A stretch of DNA of 64,000 nt from Patescibacteria group bacterium. GTDB taxonomy: Bacteria; Patescibacteriota; Gracilibacteria; UBA1369; LOWO2-01-FULL-3. Within the stretch, counting starts at the first letter, position 1, and every line of letters starts with the position of its first letter. The notes below the pieces were generated by a model that saw nothing but the letters and a program-made list of their open reading frames with translations, ran no database searches and was not told the DNA's origin. The stretch covers positions 363-64,362 of the forward strand of contig JBBTQK010000005.1 in NCBI GenBank assembly GCA_038065735.1, given 5' to 3'. The translations under genes and the position numbers were made by a program. This document shows, one piece after another, positions 51,101 through 59,506 of this stretch.

Positions 51101-51213
51101 TGGGATTAGTGAAGGGTAGAAGTGCTACCGTTTTTGCTCCTGATGAATTTATGACGCGTGCCGAAATCGCGATCATGGTAGATAGGTCCATGCTCTTAAC
51201 AGATGGATATTAG
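48133..51213 (+). CDS. large cell-surface protein: signal peptide, GLUG-motif repeats, Ig-like region, three C-terminal SLH domains
   Basis: Repeated ...GG[LI]VG...N.G.I..SY[AS].G.V.G... units (GLUG motif). The C-terminus has three SLH-like modules (...F.DV...WY...GY..G.F.PD...TRAE...). ATG at 48133 chosen, directly before the signal peptide. Confidence 0.8.
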   Translation: MVYFNFRNRFFVLLLVFALVFANFYEVPVAHATSYSIDTCTELQAMNDDKDGDYSLIADVDCSASSGWNAGAGFLPIGSAGAMFTGTFDGNGYEISGLYISRSGSNYVGLFSWIDTGSPVADFGLVSPNITGSAFTGAVVSSLKGSVTNVYVTGGSVTGGNYAGGIVGYLNGGTVTTSYASTTVSGSNYVGGLAGYVEAGTLSNSYSFSTVVGSGSYPGGFAGLNMATIQKAYAGGSVTGTNRGGLVGLNIGTITSSFYDGQTTGASDTGKGTSKTTAEMKTQGTFTDWTFTVAGNGTIGTWIMAGYPHLQMEHRTAIDSAVELQLMAINLDGDYTMTGNVNAVAVTNYTPIGTLDVPFTGTFDGNGYMISNLAISQSSLQSAGIFGSTSAAVTITELGYRSGSVIGNRFVGGIVGYNRGAISKSFSAVDVTATTVVASNGEAGGLVGANIDASGVITDSYSTGDVSSTFDVGGLIGYNSGPVTRAYASGDVSGGENLGGLIGRAEVAAITNTFATGAIGAGTSRGGLVGTLAGGSSISGGYWNNTGSPTSCYATGDTGCTAVASSLTYFYEITNAPMSAWNFSTTWLDAYIISPTLLVFGDISAPGVFNVSSDKTNGSYKVGEVIDIDVTFSEAVTSTGNVTVTLETGDTDRTCTFTVTAATSGTCNYTVQASDISGDLTVSSISGTIADGSSNAMSNFVPVTNLAANKALVIDTVTPTVQISSADVISGGSIRSISVPFVVTFSESVVDFDASDISVVNGTAANLQVVTANSVFSFNLLPSGPGSVGVSIGAGIVADLAGNSTTASNSYPFTYIDAGDLFINRGRASSVKKINNSAVGSVDGVASFEDVQNNFAGEAIQRLHAKNIVQGRSKTKYEPDSLLSRAEALKIILLAMNYPLDTDLKNIEKYSDVAKDFWYAKFIGTATKTGIAGGYKNGSFQPDSNVTRAEVLKMLLTTMGPGLKNPKSSPFTDVAAASWYKQFVDYAYILGLVKGRSATVFAPDEFMTRAEIAIMVDRSMLLTDGY

Positions 51214-51217
51214 ATCT

Positions 51218-51532
51218 TTATTTCAATTTGTAGATTAATTCTTCGACGTTTTTTATTCTGCCATTCTCAATTGTTATGCCTTCTTTTTGGAGAATTTTAA
51301 TTTTGCCTTGAGTTCCTCCTGGGCCGGAATAATTTCCGATGAGGCCGTTTTTGGTGATGACGCGGTGGCATGGAGTGGAGGGGACGTTTGGGTTTTTGCC
51401 GCAAGCTGTGCCTACTGCGCGAGTGGCTTTGGGTTTGCCTAGATAGTTGGCGATTTCACTATAAGTTGTGAGTTTGCCTTTGGGAATTTTTTTGATGGCG
51501 TTCCAGACTGATTGTTGAAATGGCGTTGGCAT
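51218..51532 (-). CDS. methylated-DNA-protein-cysteine methyltransferase, DNA-binding/catalytic domain only
   Basis: 104 aa with active-site PCHRV and upstream helix-turn-helix (YSEIANYLGKPKATRAVG). Confidence 0.9.
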   Translation of the reverse strand: MPTPFQQSVWNAIKKIPKGKLTTYSEIANYLGKPKATRAVGTACGKNPNVPSTPCHRVITKNGLIGNYSGPGGTQGKIKILQKEGITIENGRIKNVEELIYKLK

Positions 51533-51547
51533 GAATTTATTCTAAAG

Positions 51548-54049
51548 TTATTCGATAATTTCTGCTAATTCTTTGCGGGCGTTTTCCCAGACATCTGGAT
51601 CGTCTGACCAGCTGATTTCGCTGCGTACCCATGTTGGGTCGTTGGCATAATTTACACCGTATTCCCAAAGTACTTTCGGCACAATTTCTGTAATAATTCT
51701 TGCAACTGCCTGTGGATCTTTTTGAGCGGCTAAAGTTAAATAATCAACATCCTGAATACCACGACGCCAATATTTTAAACGCAAGCTGGCAATTGGACCA
51801 TCTATTTCATATGACTCAGCCGGGAAGACTTTATCTGTGCCAGGATAGAATAAAACGCCGTCACCGTTGCTGTAATTCCAGCCACTTTCACCTTTTAATT
51901 TGTCGGAACCATCATTGCCACCAAAGGTATGCGCCGTCGTAAAAACGTTGCTTTCACCTCGGCCAGCCTGGAAATTATTGTAGTATGTTGATTCCCAATA
52001 AAACCATCTATCAATTGATTTTTTGTATTGTCCCCAGGCTAATTCCCTCAATGCTATACCGTCATCATCGGTCATAAAGCTGCCTTGTCCCGGACGTCCG
52101 CCGTTATACATATACATTCTCTTGTCGCTTTTGTTGTTAAAATAGTCGACTGCTTTTTGAGTTGGAATTGTGTCGCCAACGTACATTCCAGAGGTAGCGA
52201 TATCCAGGCTCGGTGTGTTTTTGTAAGCACTTGGAGCCCAGATTGTAGCAAAGGACATTAAATTTTTGCCTGGGCCGGGACTTTTTTCTATCCACTTTGC
52301 CCATTGTTCTATTTGTTCGTAATCTGAACTTTCATCAATTAAATACAAAAATCTTTCAGTGGTAGGGGAGTTGTCCTGGAACCATTTTTCCCAGCTGTCA
52401 GTATTTTTTTGCATACCAGCCTCACCTTCTTCTTGCCAGCCCCAAGAGCCATAATGCCCTATAGAGAAGACATTATTACCAACGTTAATTCCTGGACCAT
52501 CGTAGCCATTTGCTGCTGTAAAAAGATCTCCACTCAAGCGATCTAACCATTGATCAGCGGGTTTGTCGTTTAGGCTATCGTTATCAACTAAGGAAATTTT
52601 GTGTCTGTGTGCGAGTTTAAAATGTTCGTCTCTGATTTCTTTGATTTTAGCCAAAGAATCCGTGTCGTTCGGCCATTTTTCTCCCATGTATCTTTGATTA
52701 ATATCGCCATATCCAAGACTCAACATGGTTTTAGAATTTGGCATGTCTGGCAAAGTGAAATCATAAACTTTTAATTCTACTGGAATTGTTGAGACGACCT
52801 TATTATTTTGGCTGATTTCAATTGTTCCGTTATATGTTCCTGCTGGTTTATTTTTTGGAATATAAATATCCACCCATATACTCTGATTTTTGTTTGCAGC
52901 AATATCAAAACCCTGTTCTAGTTCTAATGGAACTGCGATTTCCGGGTAGAATTTATTGTGGTTTGGGCGGTCTGTCCAGCCAACTAAAATATTATCTTGA
53001 GAATCACTTAAAGGCCTACCTTCTGAATCATGTGGGGTGCGTAATTTTTTAGGTAAATGTCGCTGATCATAATTATCTCCCATAAAGGCGCTGAGCCCTT
53101 TTATTTCTAAATATTTAACATAAAAAAGCTCGATATTTTTTTCGGTCCAATCAAAGAATTCTGAGCTGCTGGTTTCTATCTTTGCGGAATTTGGTCCCGT
53201 CAATGTGTCGAATTTTACTGCCAAATTTGAGAGTTTTTGATCTGGTGCTTCGATTATTAGATTAAAATTAACAACTTCATTTTTAGCAGCAAAAATATTA
53301 ATACCCGCGCCATCCCAAACGGAATTTTTTACTGCGGTGGCATTTTTATCAGCTCTTAATTCATCTTGAGTAACTTTGTCTCCGCCTTCGTTTGCCCAGA
53401 CTATTAACTCACTGGCAAATTGTGGATTATTATCATCGTCGTTTGTTTCTTCATCATTAATCATACTTCTATAAGCAAAAAGGCTGAATTCTCCTCGAGT
53501 TATAGAGCTTTCTGGATAAAAAAAGTTTTGGGCTAAAGTGACCTTTTGGTCTTTTGCCACTTTTACGTATGGCGCATACCATTCTCCAACTTTTACATCT
53601 TTAAAAATGTTTGTATTTACATTAGCTGGGACTTCGATTTTTCTAGAATTTAAGAGCATTTTCATGGCTTCTGCACGATTTACATTTTGGGCAGGTTTAA
53701 AAGTATTGTTTGGATAGCCCTGTACCCAGCCTTTTTCTTTGGCAAAACAAATATAACGTGCAAACCATTCTTTTTTTACATCAGGAAAACAGCTGTGATA
53801 TTGATCAACATCAGGATTATAGTCGGCTGCTTCTACCAAGATTTTTGCTAATTCTGCACGATTAATTAAATTATTAGGCTTAAAAGTTCCATCTGCATAT
53901 CCATCAATAACTCCTTTGGCCTCTAAGTAATCTATGGCTATTTTTTGTTCGCTGTCTTTTATATCTGTAAAGGCCTGTGTAGTTAGGGTTATCGAACTTA
54001 TGGTTGTTACTAGAATAAGGCTGACTATGAATTTATTAGTTTTTTGCAT
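51548..54049 (-). CDS. SLH-anchored secreted protein with DUF4091/glycoside-hydrolase-like C-terminal region
   Basis: 833 aa with a signal peptide, three N-terminal SLH modules, and a C-terminal ...NGDGVLFYPG... segment as seen in DUF4091 proteins. Confidence 0.7.
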   Translation of the reverse strand: MQKTNKFIVSLILVTTISSITLTTQAFTDIKDSEQKIAIDYLEAKGVIDGYADGTFKPNNLINRAELAKILVEAADYNPDVDQYHSCFPDVKKEWFARYICFAKEKGWVQGYPNNTFKPAQNVNRAEAMKMLLNSRKIEVPANVNTNIFKDVKVGEWYAPYVKVAKDQKVTLAQNFFYPESSITRGEFSLFAYRSMINDEETNDDDNNPQFASELIVWANEGGDKVTQDELRADKNATAVKNSVWDGAGINIFAAKNEVVNFNLIIEAPDQKLSNLAVKFDTLTGPNSAKIETSSSEFFDWTEKNIELFYVKYLEIKGLSAFMGDNYDQRHLPKKLRTPHDSEGRPLSDSQDNILVGWTDRPNHNKFYPEIAVPLELEQGFDIAANKNQSIWVDIYIPKNKPAGTYNGTIEISQNNKVVSTIPVELKVYDFTLPDMPNSKTMLSLGYGDINQRYMGEKWPNDTDSLAKIKEIRDEHFKLAHRHKISLVDNDSLNDKPADQWLDRLSGDLFTAANGYDGPGINVGNNVFSIGHYGSWGWQEEGEAGMQKNTDSWEKWFQDNSPTTERFLYLIDESSDYEQIEQWAKWIEKSPGPGKNLMSFATIWAPSAYKNTPSLDIATSGMYVGDTIPTQKAVDYFNNKSDKRMYMYNGGRPGQGSFMTDDDGIALRELAWGQYKKSIDRWFYWESTYYNNFQAGRGESNVFTTAHTFGGNDGSDKLKGESGWNYSNGDGVLFYPGTDKVFPAESYEIDGPIASLRLKYWRRGIQDVDYLTLAAQKDPQAVARIITEIVPKVLWEYGVNYANDPTWVRSEISWSDDPDVWENARKELAEIIE

Positions 54050-54153
54050 ATATGAATTTGGTCAAATTTTTAGGTATTTACAATATTACGCTAAATTCTT
54101 TGATTGGAGAACTTTTTTTGCTAGAATCCTCGTATTCGATAAACAAATTTAAT

Positions 54154-55074
54154 ATGACAGGAGAAACTTTACTTTGGGTAATATTTGCAACTATTGTGGT
54201 TGGATTTTTGGTGGTGGATTTGGGTTACTTTAACCGTAGAGCGCATAAAATAGGGCCAAAATCAGCTTTGATTCAGTCGGCTTTTTGGATTTTGATTTCT
54301 TTAGCTTATGGTTATTTGGTCTATAGAATTATGGGTAAAGTACCTGCGGCAAACTTTTTGAGTGCCTATGTAACCGAAAAAATTCTTTCTGTTGATAATC
54401 TTTTTGTTATTTTGTTGATTTTTAGTTTCTTTAAATTGGACGAGAAATATCATCACAAAATTTTGTTTTGGGGAATTTTGGGCGCTGTAATTTTTAGAGG
54501 TCTTTTTATCTCTGTTGGATCGGTTATTATCGATCAGTTTCATTGGATTTTGTATATTTTTGGCGTGATTCTTTTGTATACAGGTTTCAAATTGTTTGCA
54601 GATAAAAAAGAGGAGCATGTGGATTTTGAAAGTAATAAGGTTTTGAAATTTGCCAAGAAATATCTGAGATATACGGATGATCATCATGATGGAAAATTTA
54701 TCGTGAGAGAAAGAGGACAGCTGCATGTTACAATTTTATTTATGGTGCTTTTGCTGGTTGAGACTACCGATATTATTTTTGCAGTGGACTCTATTCCAGC
54801 GGTTTTTTTGATTAGTCAGGATCCATTTATCGTCTTTACTTCCAATGTTTTCGCAGTTATGGGACTTAGGGCATTGTTCTTTTTGGTGGAGAATATTTTG
54901 CACAAATTTCATCATCTACAAAAGGGATTGGCGTTCATTCTACTTTTTATTGGTTCAAAGATGTTGTTAGGAATTTTTGAGATTCATCTTTCACCGCTAA
55001 TTTCTTTAAGCGTTATCTTGTCTGCGCTTGGGCTTTCATTGATTCTTTCGGTAATTTTTCCTAAGAAAATATAA
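54154..55074 (+). CDS. TerC-family integral membrane protein
   Basis: From the internal ATG: MTGETLLWVIFATIVVGFLVVDLG...EKILSVDNLFV...ETTDIIFAVDSIPAV, the duplicated TerC motifs. Confidence 0.85.
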   Translation: MTGETLLWVIFATIVVGFLVVDLGYFNRRAHKIGPKSALIQSAFWILISLAYGYLVYRIMGKVPAANFLSAYVTEKILSVDNLFVILLIFSFFKLDEKYHHKILFWGILGAVIFRGLFISVGSVIIDQFHWILYIFGVILLYTGFKLFADKKEEHVDFESNKVLKFAKKYLRYTDDHHDGKFIVRERGQLHVTILFMVLLLVETTDIIFAVDSIPAVFLISQDPFIVFTSNVFAVMGLRALFFLVENILHKFHHLQKGLAFILLFIGSKMLLGIFEIHLSPLISLSVILSALGLSLILSVIFPKKI

Positions 55075-55559
55075 TGAATAGCTATTTGCTTTTGATAACT
55101 CTTGGGATGGTTTCGGCTTATTTTATGCTGTTTTTTTTGTTGCCGTACTTTTTTGAGAAGCCGGTGCCAAAGCTAAAATTGAAGTCTTTGTATTCTGTGA
55201 TTTTCATTATTATATTTAGTCTATTTGTTTATGAATTTACTGATAGAATGGCGAATCATGAGCTGGGAAATAGAATTCTGCATGCTGTTGCTGGTGGTTT
55301 TTTGGCTTTTGTAACATGTTTTTTGGCTGCGAGGGATGGTCAGTTAAAGATTACAGGTTTTCAGTTTTTCTTCTTTAGTTTGCTTCTCGTAATTGCTTTT
55401 GGTGTCGCTAATGAATTTTTAGAGGCTTATTTGCAGAATCACACTACAATTATTTTTGCCCCAAACGTCAATGACACTTGGTTTGATTTGATTAGTAATT
55501 TTGTTGGAGCGATTATTGCGGCTGGTATTTTGATGCCACTTTTTAAGAGAAGGATGTAA
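55074..55559 (+). CDS. membrane protein (161 aa, 4-5 TM)
   Basis: Hydrophobic ORF whose start overlaps the TerC stop (TAATG). Confidence 0.5.
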   Translation: MNSYLLLITLGMVSAYFMLFFLLPYFFEKPVPKLKLKSLYSVIFIIIFSLFVYEFTDRMANHELGNRILHAVAGGFLAFVTCFLAARDGQLKITGFQFFFFSLLLVIAFGVANEFLEAYLQNHTTIIFAPNVNDTWFDLISNFVGAIIAAGILMPLFKRRM

Positions 55560-55629
55560 GATTATGGAATTGCTTACGTCTACCTTATAGACTACAATTT
55601 TTGTAGCCTAATTATTTAATCGAATTTAT

Positions 55630-56379
55630 ATGAAATTGAAAAGTTTGCTAGTGGTGACTTTGGTTGCGGTTGTATCTAGCTCAACAACTTTTGCCTTGGG
55701 CAAAATGTTTGGAGATGTTTCTTTGCAGAGTTGGTATGGACCTTCAGTAGAAAAATTAGCCGGCATTGGAATTATCAAGGGTTATGCTGATGGCTCTTTT
55801 AAACCAAATAATAATGTTACTAGAGCTGAGGTTGCGGTGATGCTTGATAGGACTATTCAATATATGGAAACTGGTAAAGTCGAGAGTTTAGAAGTTTACT
55901 ACAATACAAAATTTAATTATCAGTTAAGTGTGCCTGCAGGGGCTACTTTGAATACTGATTTGATTATGGGAACAGTGGCCCGTGAAGAAGCTGCTTATAT
56001 TGCTGTCGACTTTGGCAATGAAGAACGTGCAAATATGCAGGCGATGAATGATTCTGAAAGTTTTCCTGATATTAAAGGCTATGAAAATGTTGGTGCTCAA
56101 AAATATGTCGAGGATTGGTGGACTTTAAATAAAAATGACACTAATCCAAATGTAACGCCAGAGTTATCCCCGGTTTTTGAAAAAACTATTGGTGGCATTA
56201 CCTGGTATGGTTTTACTGTTGATAAGGCTATAGTATTTGCAAATAATGGTGGCGGAGAAATTGTTAATGAGCCAAGAATTGTGATGGTTACCAAGCAAGG
56301 TAATACTTTTTATCAATGGTCATATAATGTAGATATCAAAACAAAAGTTGAGGCTATGCTTGGGACTTTTAAACTTTAA
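55630..56379 (+). CDS. SLH-domain secreted protein
   Basis: 249 aa with a signal peptide and one SLH module (FGDVSLQSWYGPSVEKLAGIGIIKGYADGSFKPNNNVTRAEVAVML). Confidence 0.7.
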   Translation: MKLKSLLVVTLVAVVSSSTTFALGKMFGDVSLQSWYGPSVEKLAGIGIIKGYADGSFKPNNNVTRAEVAVMLDRTIQYMETGKVESLEVYYNTKFNYQLSVPAGATLNTDLIMGTVAREEAAYIAVDFGNEERANMQAMNDSESFPDIKGYENVGAQKYVEDWWTLNKNDTNPNVTPELSPVFEKTIGGITWYGFTVDKAIVFANNGGGEIVNEPRIVMVTKQGNTFYQWSYNVDIKTKVEAMLGTFKL

Positions 56380-56406
56380 TTCTTAAAAAATTTTTAATCT
56401 AAACTT

Positions 56407-57141
56407 ATGGAGAATAAATCAAATATTAATACAATTCTGCTGACGATAATTCTAACTATTTTGGTTGTTGGTGGAGGATGTTATTTATGGCAGCAGAGTA
56501 GGAACGATGCAATTGAGAACACAGAAGTTACGATAGATAACGATGTAGAAGTAGAAGATGAAGAAGTGGTTGATGATGTAGCTGTTTCTACAGAAAAAAA
56601 GATGGCCTTGGATTCCATTCAAACGGCTAATTATTCTCAAACAGTAAAACTTAATAAAATATCAGATTATAGCGTGGTTTTGTATTCTCCAGATTCTGAG
56701 GAAGATACTACTGAAGGTTGTCAGCATGGATATCGACTTGGTCATTTTACTCTTGGCTTGGTAGATAAAAATGGCATTATTGTTAATAATATAGATTTGG
56801 GAGAGTTGTCCGTTCCTGCAAAAGATGCACTTCATACTGATAGTTTTAGCGTTTCATTGCCTTCTGCGGTTGATGATAGTACTAATTTTCTGATGGTGGA
56901 GAGTTATTGGGGCTGCAATAATAATAGTTTTAATTTCTATTATTTTGATAAAGAAAGTGGTGAACTAAAGGCTGCGAATTTTGATGATACAAAGTCCAAT
57001 GTCTTGTATGCGTATAAAATAACGGATATAGATTTTGAATTAATGACCGTTGCTGTGAGGACTTACGACAATTCCAAAGCTGAATGGGTTGAAAAATCTT
57101 ACACTTGGGATGAGGAAAAAATGGAGTTTAAAAATTCTTAA
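56407..57141 (+). CDS. membrane-anchored hypothetical protein
   Basis: 244 aa with one N-terminal TM helix followed by an acidic linker. Confidence 0.5.
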   Translation: MENKSNINTILLTIILTILVVGGGCYLWQQSRNDAIENTEVTIDNDVEVEDEEVVDDVAVSTEKKMALDSIQTANYSQTVKLNKISDYSVVLYSPDSEEDTTEGCQHGYRLGHFTLGLVDKNGIIVNNIDLGELSVPAKDALHTDSFSVSLPSAVDDSTNFLMVESYWGCNNNSFNFYYFDKESGELKAANFDDTKSNVLYAYKITDIDFELMTVAVRTYDNSKAEWVEKSYTWDEEKMEFKNS

Positions 57142-57160
57142 ATCTCTCATTAAGTGAAGG

Positions 57161-58081
57161 CTATAAACCGATTTCCAATAAAATGGTCATGGCATAAAAA
57201 CCGAGTAGGGCTAATCCCTCGGTTTTTGTGATTTTGCGGCCACTGTCCATGAAGAAGAATAGTAAAATTCCACCAACTAACATACAGATGCCGGTGACAA
57301 AGATAATTTTTTTGTCGAAGTAGAATGGTGAAATCATTGCCAGTAAGCCAATAACTATAGTTGCGTCGCTAATGACTGTGCCGAGTAAATCACCAATGGC
57401 CAGGCTGTAGTTATTCTTTTTTATTGCTTGAATTGAGAAAAATAATTCAGGGAGAGTTGTGCCCAGTCCTACGATAAAAATACTGATTAAGGCTGTCGGA
57501 ACTGATAATTCATTGGCAATACTAATGCCAAATTTTACCGTTAAATAAGCTCCAACTAAGAGTACCAAAAGAGAACTTAAAAGTTTCACAAGAGTGCTGA
57601 ATTCAAATTTAACACTTATTCTTTTGTCTATTCCAAAGCTATTTTTGTCGAGTGAGCGATAGAAATATAGTGCACCAGCAAGGAATATGATAAGACCCTC
57701 TAAACGGGTGAATTGCCCATTTAACCCAAACATTATTGGTACAGATAGCAGGGGAAGGTAGTAGAGATTTTTTGATAAGATTTCTTTGTTAACTTTGATG
57801 CCTGATTTTTTGGCAAAAAGAGTGATGATAAAGAAAATCAGAGTTAAATCTGCAACATTTGAGCCTACTAATGTCCCAAGACCGAATTCCGGGTTATCTT
57901 GTATTGCTGAGGCAATAGCAACAAAAGTTTCTGGTAGAATCGAGATTAGTGAAACGATTAAAAAACCCACTACGTATTTGGAGAAATTGAGATTTCTGGC
58001 TAGGGCGTTCGAATATTTTATTGAATGTTCTGCGCTTTTGATGACCATCACTAGGGATAGTAGGAAAAGGATGTAACTCAT
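57161..58081 (-). CDS. sodium/calcium exchanger (CaCA, YrbG-like) family protein
   Basis: 306 aa with about 10 TM helices and two alpha-repeat motifs (GTLVGSNVADLTL and GDLLGTVISDATIV). Confidence 0.8.
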   Translation of the reverse strand: MSYILFLLSLVMVIKSAEHSIKYSNALARNLNFSKYVVGFLIVSLISILPETFVAIASAIQDNPEFGLGTLVGSNVADLTLIFFIITLFAKKSGIKVNKEILSKNLYYLPLLSVPIMFGLNGQFTRLEGLIIFLAGALYFYRSLDKNSFGIDKRISVKFEFSTLVKLLSSLLVLLVGAYLTVKFGISIANELSVPTALISIFIVGLGTTLPELFFSIQAIKKNNYSLAIGDLLGTVISDATIVIGLLAMISPFYFDKKIIFVTGICMLVGGILLFFFMDSGRKITKTEGLALLGFYAMTILLEIGL

Positions 58082-58192
58082 TTATTTTGGTTTTTGGTTC
58101 TAAAGTATCCCCGTATTTTATCATAAAAAGCCTTAATAGTCGAGGGCTGAGTTTTGTAATTATATGATTGTGGGGGCTCTGTCCATTAGCTA

Positions 58193-58209
58193 TTGCAATA
58201 TTATTGCGA
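58193..58209. promoter_or_regulatory. candidate Fur/Zur box: 8-1-8 inverted repeat TTGCAATA-T-TATTGCGA
   Basis: 7/8 complementary half-sites, 34 nt upstream of the Fur-family gene's ATG. Confidence 0.45.
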
Positions 58210-58242
58210 TAACTGTATGTTGTGGAAAATTAAATCTACAAA

Positions 58243-58674
58243 ATGTTTGATAGTAATCAAATAACTGAGGTGCTGCAAAAAGCTGGATATAGAGTTACAG
58301 AGCCGCGTTTGAAGGTTTTGGAGATTCTTGGTGAAAGTAAAAAGCCTTTAAATGCTTATGAGATTTGTGAAAAAACAAAGTCTAATTTGGATGTATCAAC
58401 CGTTTATAGAATTTTAGAAGTTTTTAAGAAGCTTAAGGTTCTACATTTTGTAAAAGATAAAAAAGGCTATATTTTATGCCAGGAATCAGAATGTAAAAAT
58501 GATAAACACTGTCATCATCAGTTTGTTTGTCAGAAGTGTGAAGAAACTACTGAGATGCACCTAGACGATCAAGAATTCTTAAAATCCATTGAAGATAAAT
58601 TCAAAGATGTGCTTTTTGCAAGCCATTATTTTGAGTTTTCTGGGGTCTGCGGTAATTGCCGTAAAAATAATTAA
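58243..58674 (+). CDS. Fur-family metalloregulator (probably Zur)
   Basis: 143 aa with a winged-helix N-terminus (RVTEPRLKVLEIL...), HHQFVCQKCEE and C-terminal CGNC Cys pairs. A ZIP transporter gene follows. Confidence 0.85.
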   Translation: MFDSNQITEVLQKAGYRVTEPRLKVLEILGESKKPLNAYEICEKTKSNLDVSTVYRILEVFKKLKVLHFVKDKKGYILCQESECKNDKHCHHQFVCQKCEETTEMHLDDQEFLKSIEDKFKDVLFASHYFEFSGVCGNCRKNN

Positions 58675-58688
58675 TTAATCAACTTTTT

Positions 58689-59441
58689 ATGATTTCACAA
58701 GTTTGGGGGTATTCCTTGGTTAGTGTGTTGGTGGTTAGTTTGGTTTCTTTAGTTGGTGTGATTACTTTGTATGTGAATATTCAAAGACTTAAAAAAATTC
58801 TTTCATATCTAATTAGTCTTGCGGCGGGTGCGTTGATTGGTGATGCATTGATTCATTTGTTGCCTGAAGTTGTTGAGGAAAACGGCTTTACTTTAACGGT
58901 GTCATTTTGGGTTTTGGGAGGAATTGTTGTCAGTTTTGTGATGGAAAAAATTATTCATTGGAGGCATTGTCACCATATTACGAATGAAGAGCATCCACAT
59001 CCTTTTGCCTGGATTAATTTAATTGGAGATGGAGTTCATAATTTCATTGATGGCTTGATCATTGCTGCTGCCTACATGGTTGATGTAAATCTTGGTTTGG
59101 TTACGACGGCGGCGGTTATTCTGCATGAAATTCCTCAGGAAATAGGGGATTTTGCGGTTTTGGTTCATGGAGGATTTAGCAGGAGCAAGGCTTTATTTAT
59201 GAATTTTTTAACTGCCCTGAGTGCGGTTTTTGGTACGGTTGTGGCTTTGTTGCTTGGTGATGTGAATGGGGAGATTATGCTTTATTTGGTGCCGTTTGCG
59301 GCTGGTATGTTTATTTATATTTCTTGTGCGGATTTGATTCCAGAGTTACATAAAGAGCAGCATGCTGGTAAGTCTGTATTACAGTTGATTGCTTTTATTT
59401 TGGGTATTGCTTTGATGGTTGGCCTGCTGGCTTTTGAATAA
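58689..59441 (+). CDS. ZIP-family zinc transporter
   Basis: 250 aa with a His-rich loop (HWRHCHHITNEEHPHP) and the HNFIDGL and HEIPQEIGDF motifs. Confidence 0.85.
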   Translation: MISQVWGYSLVSVLVVSLVSLVGVITLYVNIQRLKKILSYLISLAAGALIGDALIHLLPEVVEENGFTLTVSFWVLGGIVVSFVMEKIIHWRHCHHITNEEHPHPFAWINLIGDGVHNFIDGLIIAAAYMVDVNLGLVTTAAVILHEIPQEIGDFAVLVHGGFSRSKALFMNFLTALSAVFGTVVALLLGDVNGEIMLYLVPFAAGMFIYISCADLIPELHKEQHAGKSVLQLIAFILGIALMVGLLAFE

Positions 59442-59506
59442 TTCCGCTTTATTACTTGCCAAATGGCGTTTTTAGGATAAAATCTATGGGCTTGTAACCC
59501 AATACC

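Noticed and set aside
54050-54153. yybP-ykoY (Mn) riboswitch upstream of the TerC-family gene.
   Set aside because: The leader is only ~100 nt and almost pure A/T. It lacks the conserved G-rich four-way-junction motifs as I remember them.
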